The position numbers and the translations under genes are program-made. Shown one piece after another: positions 47,425 to 47,705 of a stretch of DNA of 47,705 bases. The stretch lies in the NCBI GenBank assembly GCA_035648615.1, contig DASRLE010000427.1, positions 1 to 47,705 on the forward strand, given 5' to 3'. Every line of letters begins with the position of its first letter. The first letter of the stretch is position 1. This stretch comes from Candidatus Saccharimonadales bacterium (lineage in GTDB: Bacteria > Verrucomicrobiota > Verrucomicrobiia > Limisphaerales > Palsa-1400). The notes beneath the pieces are model-generated. The model worked only from the letters and a program-made list of their open reading frames with translations. It did no database searches and was not told the DNA's origin.

Positions 47425-47640
47425 TTATTTCAGCCGCCAGGTGATTCGCGCCTTGTCGAGGTCGTAGGGCGAAATCTCCATTTTCACGCGGTCGCCGGCG
47501 GTCAGCCGAACCCAGCGTTTGCGCATCTTGCCGCAAATGGTGGCCAGCACGACGTGTTTGTTGGCCAATTCGACGCGGAACATCGTGCCGGGCAGCACCG
47601 CTGTGACCTTACCTTCGACTTCTATGTGTTGTTCACTCAT
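47425..47640 (-). CDS. infA: Translation initiation factor IF-1
   Basis: IEVEGKVTAVLPGTMFRVELANKHVVLATICGKMRKRWVRLTAGDRVKMEISPYDLDKARITWR is the canonical IF-1 S1-fold sequence. Confidence 0.97.
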   Translation of the reverse strand: MSEQHIEVEGKVTAVLPGTMFRVELANKHVVLATICGKMRKRWVRLTAGDRVKMEISPYDLDKARITWRLK

Positions 47641-47705
47641 GGCTGACAGACCGGCAATTGGGACGAACCGAAAAATAAAAAGGCGAAGTCCACAAGATTC
47701 TCCCC

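Overview
High-GC (about 60% on sampled lines) bacterial chromosomal window. It is probably from the PVC superphylum (Verrucomicrobiota-like), a guess based on the Cys-type sulfatase, many lipoproteins and secreted proteins, an FYRL-type C-terminal secreted protein and the intergenic repeat families. The housekeeping backbone is: hisA (partial), lepB-lepA, a ParE-like type IIA topoisomerase B subunit, an eno-dedA-alaS operon, a Gfo/Idh/MocA-membrane-lpxB cluster, addB and infA. It also holds two two-component systems, a sulfatase, a propeller-phosphoesterase fusion and a TPR-ankyrin protein. Four accessory or unusual parts stand out. (1) A minus-strand operon of about 8 kb with lower GC (16.3-24.2 kb) encodes only uncharacterised lipoproteins, secreted proteins and membrane proteins. 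It is bracketed by copies of a GGCAAAAAG hairpin repeat. (2) A 1.65 kb gene-poor gap (24.2-25.9 kb) is packed with hexamer-repeat hairpins, a perfect 24-bp inverted repeat and a long REP-like hairpin, directly upstream of the topoisomerase gene. (3) An insertion of about 0.8 kb at the 3' end of lpxB left a displaced duplicate of the lpxB 3' end. (4) A complete MmeI-family type IIL restriction-modification enzyme lies head-to-head with an addB that has no adjacent addA. I recognised no rRNA, tRNA, CRISPR array, transposase or integrase. Many long ORFs in the track are antisense artefacts of the high GC content. All functional calls come from reading motifs in the translations; no searches were run.
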